Shown one piece after another: positions 1 through 9,957 of a stretch of 64,000 nt of DNA. The notes beneath the pieces are model-generated. The model made no database searches, was not told the origin of the DNA, and was given only the letters and a program-made list of their open reading frames with translations. The DNA is from an uncultured candidate division Zixibacteria bacterium (GTDB lineage Bacteria > Zixibacteria > MSB-5A5 > UBA10806 > 4484-95). Location: contig CAXXKA010000006.1 in NCBI GenBank assembly GCA_963668625.2, forward strand, positions 608,001 through 672,000, read 5' to 3'. Each line of letters begins with the position of its first letter. Positions within the stretch are counted from its first letter, which is position 1. A program made the translations under genes and the position numbers.

Positions 1-200
1 AAATCGGGATATCTCCTCGGAAAATATCCGCCTCCGGTTACGGCCAGTATCGTCCTTTAGCTGCTAATGATACTCCCGAGGGGCGTGCGAAAAATCGCCG
101 AGTCGATATCGTGATACTGCATCTGGATAAATCCTATCTCGAGCCGACTGATATGAGTGATCAGGTAGTACCTGCTGCAGTGTCATCAACTGATGAATAG
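1..200 (+). CDS. motB: MotB/OmpA-like peptidoglycan-binding C-terminus (5'-truncated)
   Basis: Manual frame-3 translation: ISASGYGQYRPLAANDTPEGRAKNRRVDIVIL...TDE*, an OmpA-family motif next to a flagellar operon; stop TAG 198-200. Confidence 0.75.
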   Translation, partial: IGISPRKISASGYGQYRPLAANDTPEGRAKNRRVDIVILHLDKSYLEPTDMSDQVVPAAVSSTDE

Positions 201-266
201 CTGCCTCGAGCTTCCCCGGAGCTGACATCATTTCAGATATTTAAGAATTTTTTATATCCCCATTAT

Positions 267-279
267 GGAAAAATTTTCC
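267..279. promoter_or_regulatory. Candidate enhancer-binding-protein site (palindrome GGAAAAATTTTCC)
   Basis: Palindrome about 110 bp upstream of the sigma54 promoter; the same motif precedes the other three sigma54 promoters. Confidence 0.6.
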
Positions 280-374
280 TCAGCTAATTTCAGCTTGTTA
301 TAAATCGTATTGATGAATATCTGTAAGTGTATATGTATTAGTCTGTTAATATTGTGCTCCGAGACCGGCTCTTT

Positions 375-390
375 TGGCACGGCAGTTGCT
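375..390 (+). promoter_or_regulatory. sigma54 (-24/-12) promoter of the flgB operon
   Basis: TGGCAC-GGCAG-TTGCT matches the TGGCAC-N5-TTGC consensus. Confidence 0.85.
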
Positions 391-412
391 TTACATATGA
401 TCGGGTAAGACT

Positions 413-823
413 ATGATAATAAAAGATCAAGTAATAAACAAGGTCGGCATCCCGGTTCTAAAGAACTTGATGCATATCACATCGACCTCGCAGAAGTTAA
501 CCGCGGCAAATGTAGCCAATGTAGCGACTCCGGGCTTCCAGAGCAAGTCGCTGGATTTTCAGGCCGAGATGCAAAAAGCAATGGGCAAGCAGAAAATAAA
601 ACTCGAGACAACCAATGCTCGTCACATGCCACCGGCGAACGCGCCTAAAGGTATCGAGATAGTCAAGGATCCCGATGATATCAATTCCTCGGGTATCAAT
701 AATGTCGATATCGATAAGGAGATGGCCACGGTAGCGGAAAACCGGATACTTTATGCCTATGGTTCCAGGATGTTAGCGAGTAAATTCAATTCGTTAAAAA
801 GTGTTATCAGGGGTAAAACATAA
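413..823 (+). CDS. flgB: Flagellar basal-body rod protein FlgB
   Basis: ANVANVATPGF and NNVDIDKEM motifs; first gene of the operon. Confidence 0.95.
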   Translation: MIIKDQVINKVGIPVLKNLMHITSTSQKLTAANVANVATPGFQSKSLDFQAEMQKAMGKQKIKLETTNARHMPPANAPKGIEIVKDPDDINSSGINNVDIDKEMATVAENRILYAYGSRMLASKFNSLKSVIRGKT

Positions 824-1320
824 TGTTGAAAGGGATATTTTCAATACTGGATCTGGGCGCATCGGGGCTTTCATCCCAGCGTAAGCAGCTAAACGCGGTT
901 GCCCAGAATATTGCGAACGTGGAGACTACGCGTACCGAGGACGGCACTCCTTATAAACGCAAACGGGTAGTATTCTCCGAGGATTCACAGAAAGCAACTT
1001 TCGTCGATATGTTTAAAAGTAACATAAAACGATTAACCCGCACGCACGCCAAACATCAGGAAAACGATACGATCAGGTCGGGGCATGACGGTAAAATACC
1101 GTTCGTGGACGGCGAGGAGATCGAGGTCGAGCCGGAATCATTCAAGATGGTACATGACCCTAGCCATCCCGATGCCGATGAGAATGGTAACGTGATGCTG
1201 CCGGATATAAATGTCATATCCGAGATGGTGGACATGCTGGCGGCTACACGCGCTTATGAAGCGAACATCAGTGTGATTAATTCGGCGAAAGATATGGCAA
1301 AGGATGCATTAGATATTTGA
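823..1320 (+). CDS. flgC: Flagellar basal-body rod protein FlgC
   Basis: NIANVETTRT, PYKRK, DPSHPDAD, EMVDM..ATRAYEAN motifs. Confidence 0.97.
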   Translation: MLKGIFSILDLGASGLSSQRKQLNAVAQNIANVETTRTEDGTPYKRKRVVFSEDSQKATFVDMFKSNIKRLTRTHAKHQENDTIRSGHDGKIPFVDGEEIEVEPESFKMVHDPSHPDADENGNVMLPDINVISEMVDMLAATRAYEANISVINSAKDMAKDALDI

Positions 1321-1345
1321 TAAATTGACTTAGGAGCAAGCAAGT

Positions 1346-1639
1346 ATGAGAGTCGATTCAGTAGGTATTTACAACAACAGAGGCCTGGTACAGAACAAAG
1401 CCAACAATAACGTACCGCCTAAAAGTGTCGGGAAAGCAAAAACACAACCCGCCGCGGAACCTCAAAGAGCGCAAAAGCTGGATTTCACGAAATTAGCTGA
1501 AAATATCAATCAGCTTTCCAGCGCAGAGTTAAATCAAATCAATAAACTTTTCGGGCAGGTCGACCTGGACGCGCTCAAAGGCGCTGATAACAGTAAGGTC
1601 GATGATAGTCCCGGACAATTCGTTGATATTATCGTATAG
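1346..1639 (+). CDS. Hypothetical 97-aa protein in the flagellar operon
   Basis: AGGAG RBS, tight packing between flgC and fliE; ends PGQFVDIIV. Confidence 0.7.
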   Translation: MRVDSVGIYNNRGLVQNKANNNVPPKSVGKAKTQPAAEPQRAQKLDFTKLAENINQLSSAELNQINKLFGQVDLDALKGADNSKVDDSPGQFVDIIV

Positions 1640-1641
1640 CC

Positions 1642-1950
1642 ATGACTAGGATATTACCAGGTTATGCCAGGCAGGTTGTTCCGGATTTTGCCACGCTTGG
1701 CCCGAAACAGCCCCAGGAAGAGAAATCCGATCTCAGTTTTCCGGGAATATTCAAGGAAATGATTAACAACACCAACGATCTGCAGCATCAAGCGGCCGAT
1801 ATAGCCGAACGATTCGCTCTTGGCGAGGTCACCGATATACATGATGTCATGATTGCAGCAGAGGAAGCCGGAGTGGCTATGGAATTGGTTATGGAAATTC
1901 GCAATAAGCTGGTGGATGCTTACCAGCAGATGATGCGTATGGCGGTATAA
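1642..1950 (+). CDS. fliE: Flagellar hook-basal body protein FliE
   Basis: DIHDVMIA...EIRNKLVDAYQQMMRM signature. Confidence 0.95.
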   Translation: MTRILPGYARQVVPDFATLGPKQPQEEKSDLSFPGIFKEMINNTNDLQHQAADIAERFALGEVTDIHDVMIAAEEAGVAMELVMEIRNKLVDAYQQMMRMAV

Positions 1951-1953
1951 ATT

Positions 1954-3495
1954 ATGTTCAAGGACTACGTAAATAAAATCAAATCCAAATTGATACCCTG
2001 GTGGAACAAGATGCCCTCATCCAGAAAAATTATTCTGGTGGGATCTATTGCGGCCGTCATTTTCCTATTCTCATACTTATCTTCAGTAGCTTTAAAAACC
2101 GATTATACGGTTTTATATCGCAATATCGAAACCGCCGAGGCCGGTGAGATTATCGATTATCTGGCCGAACAGAAAGTTCCTTATAAGCTTTCCGAGGGCG
2201 GCACGGCTATCCTGGTACCTTCCGGAAATATTCATCAAATTAGAATGGAGCTTGCCTCTGCCGGTTTACCTAAAACAGGCGTAGTCGGCTATGAGATATT
2301 CGATCAAACTAATCTCGGTATGACCGAATTCCTGCAGAAAGTGAATTATCGGAGAGCCCTGGAGGGTGAGCTTTCCAAAACCATATCACGGCTGGAGGAA
2401 ATCAAAAGCGCCAGGATTCACCTCGTGATTCCCGAGCAACGTTTATTCAAAGAGGATAAGCAGGACCCGACCGCCTCGGTAGTACTGTACCTCAATCGAA
2501 ATGTTCCGCTTGCGCAGCGACAAATCGAGGGTATCATCTACCTAGTAGCATCATCCGTGGAGGGGCTGACCACCGATAATATCACTATACTCGACTCATC
2601 GGGAAAACTACTTTCCAACAAGCAAAGCCAGAACAAACTGGCGTCGATATCATCCAGCCAGTTGGAGCTTCAGAAAAACGTAGAAATTTACCTTCAAGAA
2701 AAAGCCCAGTCGATGATGGATCAGGTGTTGGGACGGAACAAATCTATCGTGAGAGTCGCAGCCTCGTTGAATTTCGACCAGGCCGAACAAACGATAGAAC
2801 AGTACGATCCCGATAATATCGCCGTTCGTTCAGAGGAGATAAGTGAGGAAAAAGGATCCGAATCCGACGCTGATACACCCGAGAACAAACGTGAAACAAA
2901 TAATAGCAAAAAGAACACTATTCGTAACTATGAGGTAAATAAGTCGATAGAGCATTTGGTTAACCAGGTGGGTAATATCACGAGACTTCATATTTCAGTT
3001 TCTTTCGACGGCACTTACGAAATGGTTAAAGGCGCGGATGGTAGTACCGAACGTCAATATATACCGCGCTCCTCCGAGGAATTGGACAAATTGATTGCCC
3101 TTGTGAAAGGCTCGGTTGGTTTCTCCGAGGATCGCAACGATATATTGGAAGTCGCGAATATTCCTTTCGAGACGGTTCAGGATGATTGGGAGGAGAAGCA
3201 GCGGCTGAGACAGGAGGAGCAGATACAATACTGGGTAAACATGGGGATCAGGCTTGCAGTAGTTAGTATCCTGGTATTCGTGCTTCTTAAATTGAGAAAG
3301 AAATATAACGAATGGCAACAGCGTAGAGCGGCTCACAGGAGATTCCTCGACGCTCAGGCAGAGATACAACGTAAAGCGGCGGAGATAATACCGAAAGTTT
3401 CGCGGGAACCAAAGCTGATAGACCATCTCCGTCAAATGGCCGATGATAACCCCGAGGAGATTGCCAAAGCTATTAAAACTTTGATGGTGGAGTAG
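1954..3495 (+). CDS. fliF: Flagellar MS-ring protein FliF
   Basis: Two TM segments; GYEIFD, RALEGELSKTI, VASSVEGL motifs. Confidence 0.97.
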   Translation: MFKDYVNKIKSKLIPWWNKMPSSRKIILVGSIAAVIFLFSYLSSVALKTDYTVLYRNIETAEAGEIIDYLAEQKVPYKLSEGGTAILVPSGNIHQIRMELASAGLPKTGVVGYEIFDQTNLGMTEFLQKVNYRRALEGELSKTISRLEEIKSARIHLVIPEQRLFKEDKQDPTASVVLYLNRNVPLAQRQIEGIIYLVASSVEGLTTDNITILDSSGKLLSNKQSQNKLASISSSQLELQKNVEIYLQEKAQSMMDQVLGRNKSIVRVAASLNFDQAEQTIEQYDPDNIAVRSEEISEEKGSESDADTPENKRETNNSKKNTIRNYEVNKSIEHLVNQVGNITRLHISVSFDGTYEMVKGADGSTERQYIPRSSEELDKLIALVKGSVGFSEDRNDILEVANIPFETVQDDWEEKQRLRQEEQIQYWVNMGIRLAVVSILVFVLLKLRKKYNEWQQRRAAHRRFLDAQAEIQRKAAEIIPKVSREPKLIDHLRQMADDNPEEIAKAIKTLMVE

Positions 3496-3496
3496 T

Positions 3497-4522
3497 ATGA
3501 TTGCAAAAGATATCGCCTTAGAAGATTTAACCGGCGCTCAAAAATCCGCGATACTGATTCTGGGACTGGGTGCGGAGGTAGCTTCTAAAGTCCTGAAAGA
3601 ATTAAGCGAGATGGAAATCGAAAGGGTAACCGTTGAACTTGCGAACCTGCAGGATATCTCGCCCAAGCTAGAGGAAGTCGTGGTAAAGGAATTTTCGGAG
3701 GTCATAACCGCCCAACAATATATCAACCAGGGTGGAGTAGAATACGCCAAGAACCTTCTGGAAACAGCGGTAGGTCGTCAAAAAGCGGTCGAGATTTTAA
3801 AACGACTCGAGGGCTCTTTGAAAACAACCGGATTTGCCCGGATAAAAAATATCGACGCCAAGCAGTTGGTCAATTTCATACAGCATGAACATCCCCAAAC
3901 AATCTCGTTGATTCTTACGCAACTGGCGCATTCCCAGGCCGCGCAGGTGCTTTCGGAACTAGATCCCGAATTGCAATCGGAAGTTTCTTTGCGAATGGCC
4001 ACGATGGAAAAGATTTCGCCGGAGATTATCGGTGAACTGGAGGGAGTGCTCGAGGGGCAGTTCGAGGAGGTCGGAACTCGTGACCTGTCAATATCCGGTG
4101 GTACGAAGACTGTTGCCGAGGTATTGAACCTGATGGAGACCTCAGCCGAGAAGTCGATTCTGGAGACTATCGAGGCTGAGAATCCCGAACTGGCCGCGGA
4201 AATCAAAAACCTGATGTTCGTCTTCGAGGATGTAATTCTTCTCGACGATCGTTCGGTTCAGCGCGTGCTCAAGGATGTCGAAACGAAAGACCTGGCGATA
4301 TCGCTTAAGGCGGCCAGCGAGGAAGTTAAAGATAAGATATTCAAGAATGTCTCGGAACGTGTTGCCGCAATGATTCGTGAGGAGATCGAATTCATGGGGC
4401 CGATGCGTTTAACCGATGTCGAATCGGCGCAGCAGCGAATAGTCGAGACTATCAGAAGATTGCAGGATGAGGGACAGATTATTATTGCCGGTCGAGGCGG
4501 TAAGGAAGAATTAGTTGTCTAA
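3497..4522 (+). CDS. fliG: Flagellar motor switch protein FliG
   Basis: GGVEYA, EHPQTI, MFVFED, GPMRLTDVESAQ motifs. Confidence 0.97.
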   Translation: MIAKDIALEDLTGAQKSAILILGLGAEVASKVLKELSEMEIERVTVELANLQDISPKLEEVVVKEFSEVITAQQYINQGGVEYAKNLLETAVGRQKAVEILKRLEGSLKTTGFARIKNIDAKQLVNFIQHEHPQTISLILTQLAHSQAAQVLSELDPELQSEVSLRMATMEKISPEIIGELEGVLEGQFEEVGTRDLSISGGTKTVAEVLNLMETSAEKSILETIEAENPELAAEIKNLMFVFEDVILLDDRSVQRVLKDVETKDLAISLKAASEEVKDKIFKNVSERVAAMIREEIEFMGPMRLTDVESAQQRIVETIRRLQDEGQIIIAGRGGKEELVV

Positions 4523-5369
4523 TAAACTTATAAAAAGATATAAGTATATCGACAGCGGCACGGTTAAAATCGTAGGTCCAAAAAAGCTATTCAAAAACGC
4601 CCAATACACTTCTCCCGAATATGATCAGTTTTACGAGGATCATCCGGACTACAAGGCAAAAAAAGAACCGCAACCACAGTCGGACGTATCCGAATCGGAT
4701 AGCGAGGTGACATCTGGTGCAAATGTCGGAGCACGAACTACCGATTCGCCAGGCCCCGAACCCGAAGTAAACATACAAGCAGGCGCTATGGATACCGGCT
4801 CATCCTTTCGCGAGGATGAGAAGCAGGCTTTAGAGGAACAACTGAAAAGCCAATATGATGCTCAATTGCTCGGTGAAAAGCAGAACTCTCGCAACGAGGG
4901 TTTTCAAGAGGGGAAACAGGCCGGATTGGCCGAAAGCGCGGCTGAGATCAAACGTCTTACGACACTGGTACAATCAATTCAGACCGAATTCCAGAGCGCT
5001 GCGAGCAAGTTTTTCGATGAGGTCGAGAAGCTTACCATGGATATGTCGGTGTACCTCGCCAAGAAAATAGTGGGCGAGGCCGTATCGGTAGTGCCTGATA
5101 TCATTCGTACGAATGTCGATAAATGCGTTAAGCTGTTGGCCGGATCCGGTACGGCTCAGATCAAGATAAATCCAAACGATTATGATACGATCAAAGGTCA
5201 TATCCCCAACCTGGAACAACAAACCGGGGATAAATTCACTTTCGTTCTGGAACCGGATAACAAAATCGAACGCGGCGGTTGTATGGTAGAGTTCGATGGC
5301 TCATCGATTGATGGCAGGATACAAACACAGATCGAGAAAATTCAGAAACAGATGGAGATGATTACCTGA
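4515..5369 (+). CDS. fliH: Flagellar export protein FliH
   Basis: GFQEGKQAG GxxxG repeats; C-terminal ERGGC..IDGRI; lies between fliG and fliI. Confidence 0.9.
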   Translation: MSNKLIKRYKYIDSGTVKIVGPKKLFKNAQYTSPEYDQFYEDHPDYKAKKEPQPQSDVSESDSEVTSGANVGARTTDSPGPEPEVNIQAGAMDTGSSFREDEKQALEEQLKSQYDAQLLGEKQNSRNEGFQEGKQAGLAESAAEIKRLTTLVQSIQTEFQSAASKFFDEVEKLTMDMSVYLAKKIVGEAVSVVPDIIRTNVDKCVKLLAGSGTAQIKINPNDYDTIKGHIPNLEQQTGDKFTFVLEPDNKIERGGCMVEFDGSSIDGRIQTQIEKIQKQMEMIT

Positions 5370-6706
5370 TGCTGGCAATAAAAGAGAGAGCTGAAAAAAT
5401 AAAAGGGATTATAGATTCCGTCCAGACCATAAATCAAACCGGCGTGGTAAAGCGCGTTATCGGCATCGTTATAGAGGCCAGCGGGCCCAAACTGAATGTC
5501 GGCGACCAGGTCAGTATCAAAACACCGTCAGGGGAGGTTGCCGGCGAGGTTGTCGGTTTTAAGGATAACAGTATTTTCCTGATGCCGCTGGGCGAGATGA
5601 CAGGAATCGGACCCGGCGCGGCAGTCGCTGCCAGTGGCAAACAATTAGTTGCCCCGGTCGGCCCGGAATTGCTAGGCAGGGTAATAGACGGTCTGGGTAA
5701 TCCGATAGATAACGGCCCTCCGTTACTGTGTACGCAGACGAGACCCCTGGCGGGGAATTCGCCCTCACCGATGGATAGGAAACGCATCTCGGAACCATTG
5801 GAGACGGGCATTCGCGCCATCGATAGTTTCCTGACCATGGGGCAGGGACAGCGAGTAGGCGTATTCGCCGGATCGGGTGTCGGCAAGAGCGTGCTCATGG
5901 GCATGATCGCCAGGTCATCCTCGGCTGATGTCAATGTGATCGGGCTGGTAGGTGAACGCGGTCGTGAGGTACGGGATTTTATCGAGAAAGATTTAGGTCC
6001 CGAGGGCATGAAACGCTCGGTTATCGTGGCGGTTACCTCGGATGAGTCGGCATTACTGAGGATCAAAGGTTTGATGATGGCGACTACGATCGCCGAATAT
6101 TTCCGCGATCAGGGTAACAAAGTCGCTTTGATGATAGATTCGCTGACACGCGTGGCTATGGGGCAGCGCGAGATCGGGCTATCGATCGGCGAGCCGCCGA
6201 CTACGCGCGGCTACACGCCATCGGTGTTCGCCCTGTTCCCGAAATTGCTGGAACGCGCCGGGCAATCCAAAGATGGAAGTATTACGGGTTTCTATACCGT
6301 GTTGGTGGAGGGTGATGATTTATCGGAGCCGATCAGCGATGTCGCCCGGTCTATTCTCGATGGTCATATAGTTCTGTCTCGCGATCTGGCCTCCAAATAT
6401 CACTACCCGGCCATCGATGTACTCGGATCGATTAGCCGTTTGATGACGGATGTCGTCTCGGATGAGCATCGCGATATTGCCGCGAAATGCAGAACGCTGA
6501 TGGCCGACTATCGCGACGCCGAGGATCTGATTAATATCGGCGCCTACGTGAAGGGATCATCGAAGAAGATAGATTTCGCGCTGGAGAGAATCGATCAGTT
6601 GAACTCATTCTTGAAACAGAATGTTGGCGACAGTAGCAGCTTACCGGAATCGCTGGCGAAACTGAAACAGATTATAAATATCCAGGAAAATAATGAAGAA
6701 GTTTAA
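5369..6706 (+). CDS. fliI: Flagellar export ATPase FliI
   Basis: Walker A AGSGVGKS; GERGREV, DSLTR, GEPP motifs. Confidence 0.97.
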   Translation: MLAIKERAEKIKGIIDSVQTINQTGVVKRVIGIVIEASGPKLNVGDQVSIKTPSGEVAGEVVGFKDNSIFLMPLGEMTGIGPGAAVAASGKQLVAPVGPELLGRVIDGLGNPIDNGPPLLCTQTRPLAGNSPSPMDRKRISEPLETGIRAIDSFLTMGQGQRVGVFAGSGVGKSVLMGMIARSSSADVNVIGLVGERGREVRDFIEKDLGPEGMKRSVIVAVTSDESALLRIKGLMMATTIAEYFRDQGNKVALMIDSLTRVAMGQREIGLSIGEPPTTRGYTPSVFALFPKLLERAGQSKDGSITGFYTVLVEGDDLSEPISDVARSILDGHIVLSRDLASKYHYPAIDVLGSISRLMTDVVSDEHRDIAAKCRTLMADYRDAEDLINIGAYVKGSSKKIDFALERIDQLNSFLKQNVGDSSSLPESLAKLKQIINIQENNEEV

Positions 6707-7145
6707 TTTCAGGTTGGAGAAAATTCGCCGCTATAAAGAGCAACTCGAGGAAGACAAGAAGATGAAACTGGGTACCGAGCAGGCGAAACTCATTAAAGAG
6801 CAACAAAAAATGATAGCTATAATAGAGAATAGAAACAGATATTTTTCGAAATACGGAGTAAAGAAAAAAGGAAAAATAAATGTATATCAATTGATGCTGG
6901 CCAAGCGGTATTTAGATAAACTGGCAAAAGATATTCAGGATCAAAATCAGCAGGTGGTTACGGCTGAAAAGAGCGTAAGTCAGGCTCAGCAGGAGCTTAT
7001 TGACGCTGCCAGGGAACGTAAAAAATACGAGAAATTAAAAGCCAGATATAAGACTAATTATGATAAAGAGGTGTTAAGGCAAGAGGGAATCGAACTGGAT
7101 GAGTTTGGTTCCAGAAAACTAGAGGTCGCCGACTCGATAATTTGA
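6693..7145 (+). CDS. fliJ: Flagellar export protein FliJ
   Basis: MKKFNFRLEKI N-terminus, coiled coil, E...LDE C-terminus; follows fliI. Confidence 0.9.
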   Translation: MKKFNFRLEKIRRYKEQLEEDKKMKLGTEQAKLIKEQQKMIAIIENRNRYFSKYGVKKKGKINVYQLMLAKRYLDKLAKDIQDQNQQVVTAEKSVSQAQQELIDAARERKKYEKLKARYKTNYDKEVLRQEGIELDEFGSRKLEVADSII

Positions 7146-7176
7146 TAGATGCTTTTTGTTCATACTTGCTCCAAAG

Positions 7177-7208
7177 AAAATCCCTCCCTATGCCGGGGAG
7201 GGATTTTT
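7177..7208 (+). terminator. Intrinsic terminator after fliJ
   Basis: AAAATCCCTCCC-loop-GGGAGGGATTTTT inverted repeat with T tail. Confidence 0.8.
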
Positions 7209-7395
7209 AATTTAAGTGTAAAACAATGTTTCTATAGGCTGCCTCGGAGGGTATGCCGGGCAATTAAATTACATCATAAAGTTACCAGCTTCGAAAGTCC
7301 ATTCTCTACATCATACCATGATAGTAGAGTTTAAGAGATTCACCTCGGGGTAGATATTTTTACTAAAGAGTTGAGCATCGAAAATGAGTTATTCT

Positions 7396-7431
7396 GGAAA
7401 TTAATACCATCCGATAAAGGAAATATTTTCA
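7396..7431. promoter_or_regulatory. Paired candidate activator sites
   Basis: GGAAATTAATACC (7396) and GGAAATATTTTCA (7419), starts 23 bp apart. Confidence 0.55.
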
Positions 7432-7518
7432 CCGGTGAGCTGATCGCTATGCTAAATATAATCTTCTGATATTATTTAACTCGTTACTATTTAATGCCTT
7501 GCATATAACTCCCTGAAA

Positions 7519-7534
7519 TGGCACGAGGCTTGCT
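7519..7534 (+). promoter_or_regulatory. sigma54 promoter of the hook/switch operon
   Basis: TGGCAC-GAGGC-TTGCT. Confidence 0.85.
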
Positions 7535-7566
7535 TTGATAAAATGCGGATAAAAGTGTAAATACTG

Positions 7567-8112
7567 ATGAAATTTGTTTTGAGAATACTGATTTACCTGG
7601 TTGCGACAATAGCCAGCTTCGTTTTGTACGTGCTGCTGTTTATGGTCGCCGCCGGGTTAACACCTCAACAAAGCATTGAGGTGTTGAGGGAGAAAGTGGA
7701 AGTAGCAGCGATCGATTCAACCGCGACGGAAACCGGGGAAGCCCCGATGAGCGATGCCATGAAAGCGGAGGTCCAAAAAGCTCGTGGGATGGTATCCGAT
7801 GAGATGGCTGAACTCGAGTCGGAAAAAAATAAGCTACTATCAGAGAAACAGGAATTGGAAAAGCTCAGGGACGAAATAGCAAGGCTTCTGGCCAAGAAAA
7901 GTAAAGCGGAAGAGGAGAGGATGTACAATCTGGCGAAAATATACGATGGCATGGACCAGGAACGTCTGGCCGAGGTATTTACCAGAATGAATGACACCCT
8001 CATCGTAAATATTCTGCCGAAAATGAAAGCAAACAACGCCAGCCTGGTGTTGGAATATTTACCTCCGGGCAGATCAGCCCAGATTTCTCATATGCTTCTG
8101 GGAGGTATGTAA
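7567..8112 (+). CDS. MotE/YlxF/FlbB-like protein (TM + coiled coil + MgtE_N-like domain)
   Basis: N-terminal TM, coiled coil, LAKIYDGM...ILPKM..A..LEYL pattern; typical position before fliK. Confidence 0.7.
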   Translation: MKFVLRILIYLVATIASFVLYVLLFMVAAGLTPQQSIEVLREKVEVAAIDSTATETGEAPMSDAMKAEVQKARGMVSDEMAELESEKNKLLSEKQELEKLRDEIARLLAKKSKAEEERMYNLAKIYDGMDQERLAEVFTRMNDTLIVNILPKMKANNASLVLEYLPPGRSAQISHMLLGGM

Positions 8113-9948
8113 GTGGGAAATATGTTTTTTAGCATAGGTCAGATGACCGATTTCTTGCTTAGCGATGCCGTACCTGGAAATCAGGCGAAATCACAGGCAA
8201 CGACAGGGCAGGTCGATTTCGAGGAATTCGTGAAAGGCTTGACCAATCAGACTAACCAGGGGCAGCTTACAAAAGGTATTACCGGTGATCTGGCTAATTA
8301 TCTTAAACAGGCCAACACAAAAAATCAAACCGGCGGAGTTTCCGAATCGAATGATTTAGCCATAACCGATTCGTTAGTTGATAGTTTCAATATGGATGAG
8401 CTTCTGAGCCTGGTTTCTCAATCACTCGATAATACGGCGAAAAGCATTCCCTTATCACAATACGATACTCCAACCGACCCAGCGCTTGCGGCGGAGGTCT
8501 ATGATGTTGTAGAACTCGAGGTATCTGATATCAAAGGATATCTTTCCGAGCTGAAACAACCGGTTAAGGCAACTGTCAGCTTAAAAGATATTCAAGCTGA
8601 TTTATCGTTACAGCAATTAATCAAACTATCCGAACCGATTGCTACAGATAACCAGATATCCGATGGACGAGCAATCGCCGAATCTGCAGGCAAGCCCGGC
8701 TATCAGTCAGCGCCGGAAATTAAACCTGCAGAAGCAATTCTGAGCTTAAAAGAGCTGGCGACGAATTTCGATATGATCGAACTCGACACCAGGCAGCTAT
8801 TTAAGTCGAGCGATAAGACTATTGATATCACCGCTTTCAATGAAAAGGGGAATAAGCAGGATTTAACGGTTAAAACAGATGAAGTTAAAGCCCTTATCAG
8901 CTCAAAAGATCAATCGCCGGTTATAGAAATTCCAACGAATAAAGCTCAAATCAATAATTTCTCGAATACAATATCCGGCGATACCAAACTGGCCGATATC
9001 GATAAAGCACAAAGTCCGGGCGAGGATAAAGTAATTGTCGATTTGAAAACATTGGTAAGCGCCAAAGAGACTGATGAGATAAAGGTCGTCTTGAAATCGA
9101 TGGATAATGCAACCGAAAAGCTATCCTCGGTAGGGCTATTGAATGAGTTCAAACAGAGCGGCAAGGATAATATCAAATTAAAACTTACTAATTCCTCAAA
9201 AGAGGTCAAGGTAAACGAACTTACTAAACCTGATCAATCGGTGAAAGTTGCCGCCGAAAGTTCGAGCAATGATAATCACACGGACAATTCATCGGAAAAG
9301 AAAAACCAGTACAATCAGAATACCGGATTCAAACCTCTTACGAACATCCAGAACCAGGTAACTGGACAGGCTATTGCTTTAAACAAAGAAACCGGATCGG
9401 TTGATCTCGTTTCGACACAGCAGGCAGGTATTAAAGATGTAAGCCAAACAGCCTCGGTGGACAACAAAACCGAACTGTATTCAGTGAACGACAATAAAGA
9501 GCTGATCGAAAGTATCACCAACCAGGTGAAAGCCAAAATATCCTCAGGCAGCGCCGGGACGAGGCTGACAGTTAACTTAAAACCCGAATACCTGGGCAAG
9601 ATCGATATCGAATTTACTTTCGATAAAAATAAGCTCGAGGCAATATTCAGGGTAGAGAAGAACGAGATCAGGGCAATACTCGATTCCGAGTTGCCGAAAC
9701 TCAAGCAAGAATTCAAGATCGACAGCTACCGGGTCGAGACCAATCCCCAGAGTTTTCATGACGATTCCCAGGCACATAACGGTCGGAATCAATTCGAGCG
9801 TATGGCCGGGCAAAACAATCCATACAGGAACGGTAACTCATCGGGTGGCGGTCTATCGGATAAAACGCAAATTAATGAAATAACGAATAACACGAAAAAT
9901 GTCCGTACCGGTTATGGTCACGGCAAAAATATCGATTTGTTAGCATAA
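8113..9948 (+). CDS. fliK: Flagellar hook-length control protein FliK
   Basis: Long low-complexity N-terminus; C-terminal LKPEYLGKIDI motif; precedes flgD. Confidence 0.9.
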   Translation: MGNMFFSIGQMTDFLLSDAVPGNQAKSQATTGQVDFEEFVKGLTNQTNQGQLTKGITGDLANYLKQANTKNQTGGVSESNDLAITDSLVDSFNMDELLSLVSQSLDNTAKSIPLSQYDTPTDPALAAEVYDVVELEVSDIKGYLSELKQPVKATVSLKDIQADLSLQQLIKLSEPIATDNQISDGRAIAESAGKPGYQSAPEIKPAEAILSLKELATNFDMIELDTRQLFKSSDKTIDITAFNEKGNKQDLTVKTDEVKALISSKDQSPVIEIPTNKAQINNFSNTISGDTKLADIDKAQSPGEDKVIVDLKTLVSAKETDEIKVVLKSMDNATEKLSSVGLLNEFKQSGKDNIKLKLTNSSKEVKVNELTKPDQSVKVAAESSSNDNHTDNSSEKKNQYNQNTGFKPLTNIQNQVTGQAIALNKETGSVDLVSTQQAGIKDVSQTASVDNKTELYSVNDNKELIESITNQVKAKISSGSAGTRLTVNLKPEYLGKIDIEFTFDKNKLEAIFRVEKNEIRAILDSELPKLKQEFKIDSYRVETNPQSFHDDSQAHNGRNQFERMAGQNNPYRNGNSSGGGLSDKTQINEITNNTKNVRTGYGHGKNIDLLA

Positions 9949-9957
9949 GGAGGTGAA

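Noticed and set aside
7149-7334. 61-aa ORF after fliJ
   Set aside because: Runs through the intrinsic terminator, has no RBS and no recognisable motif.
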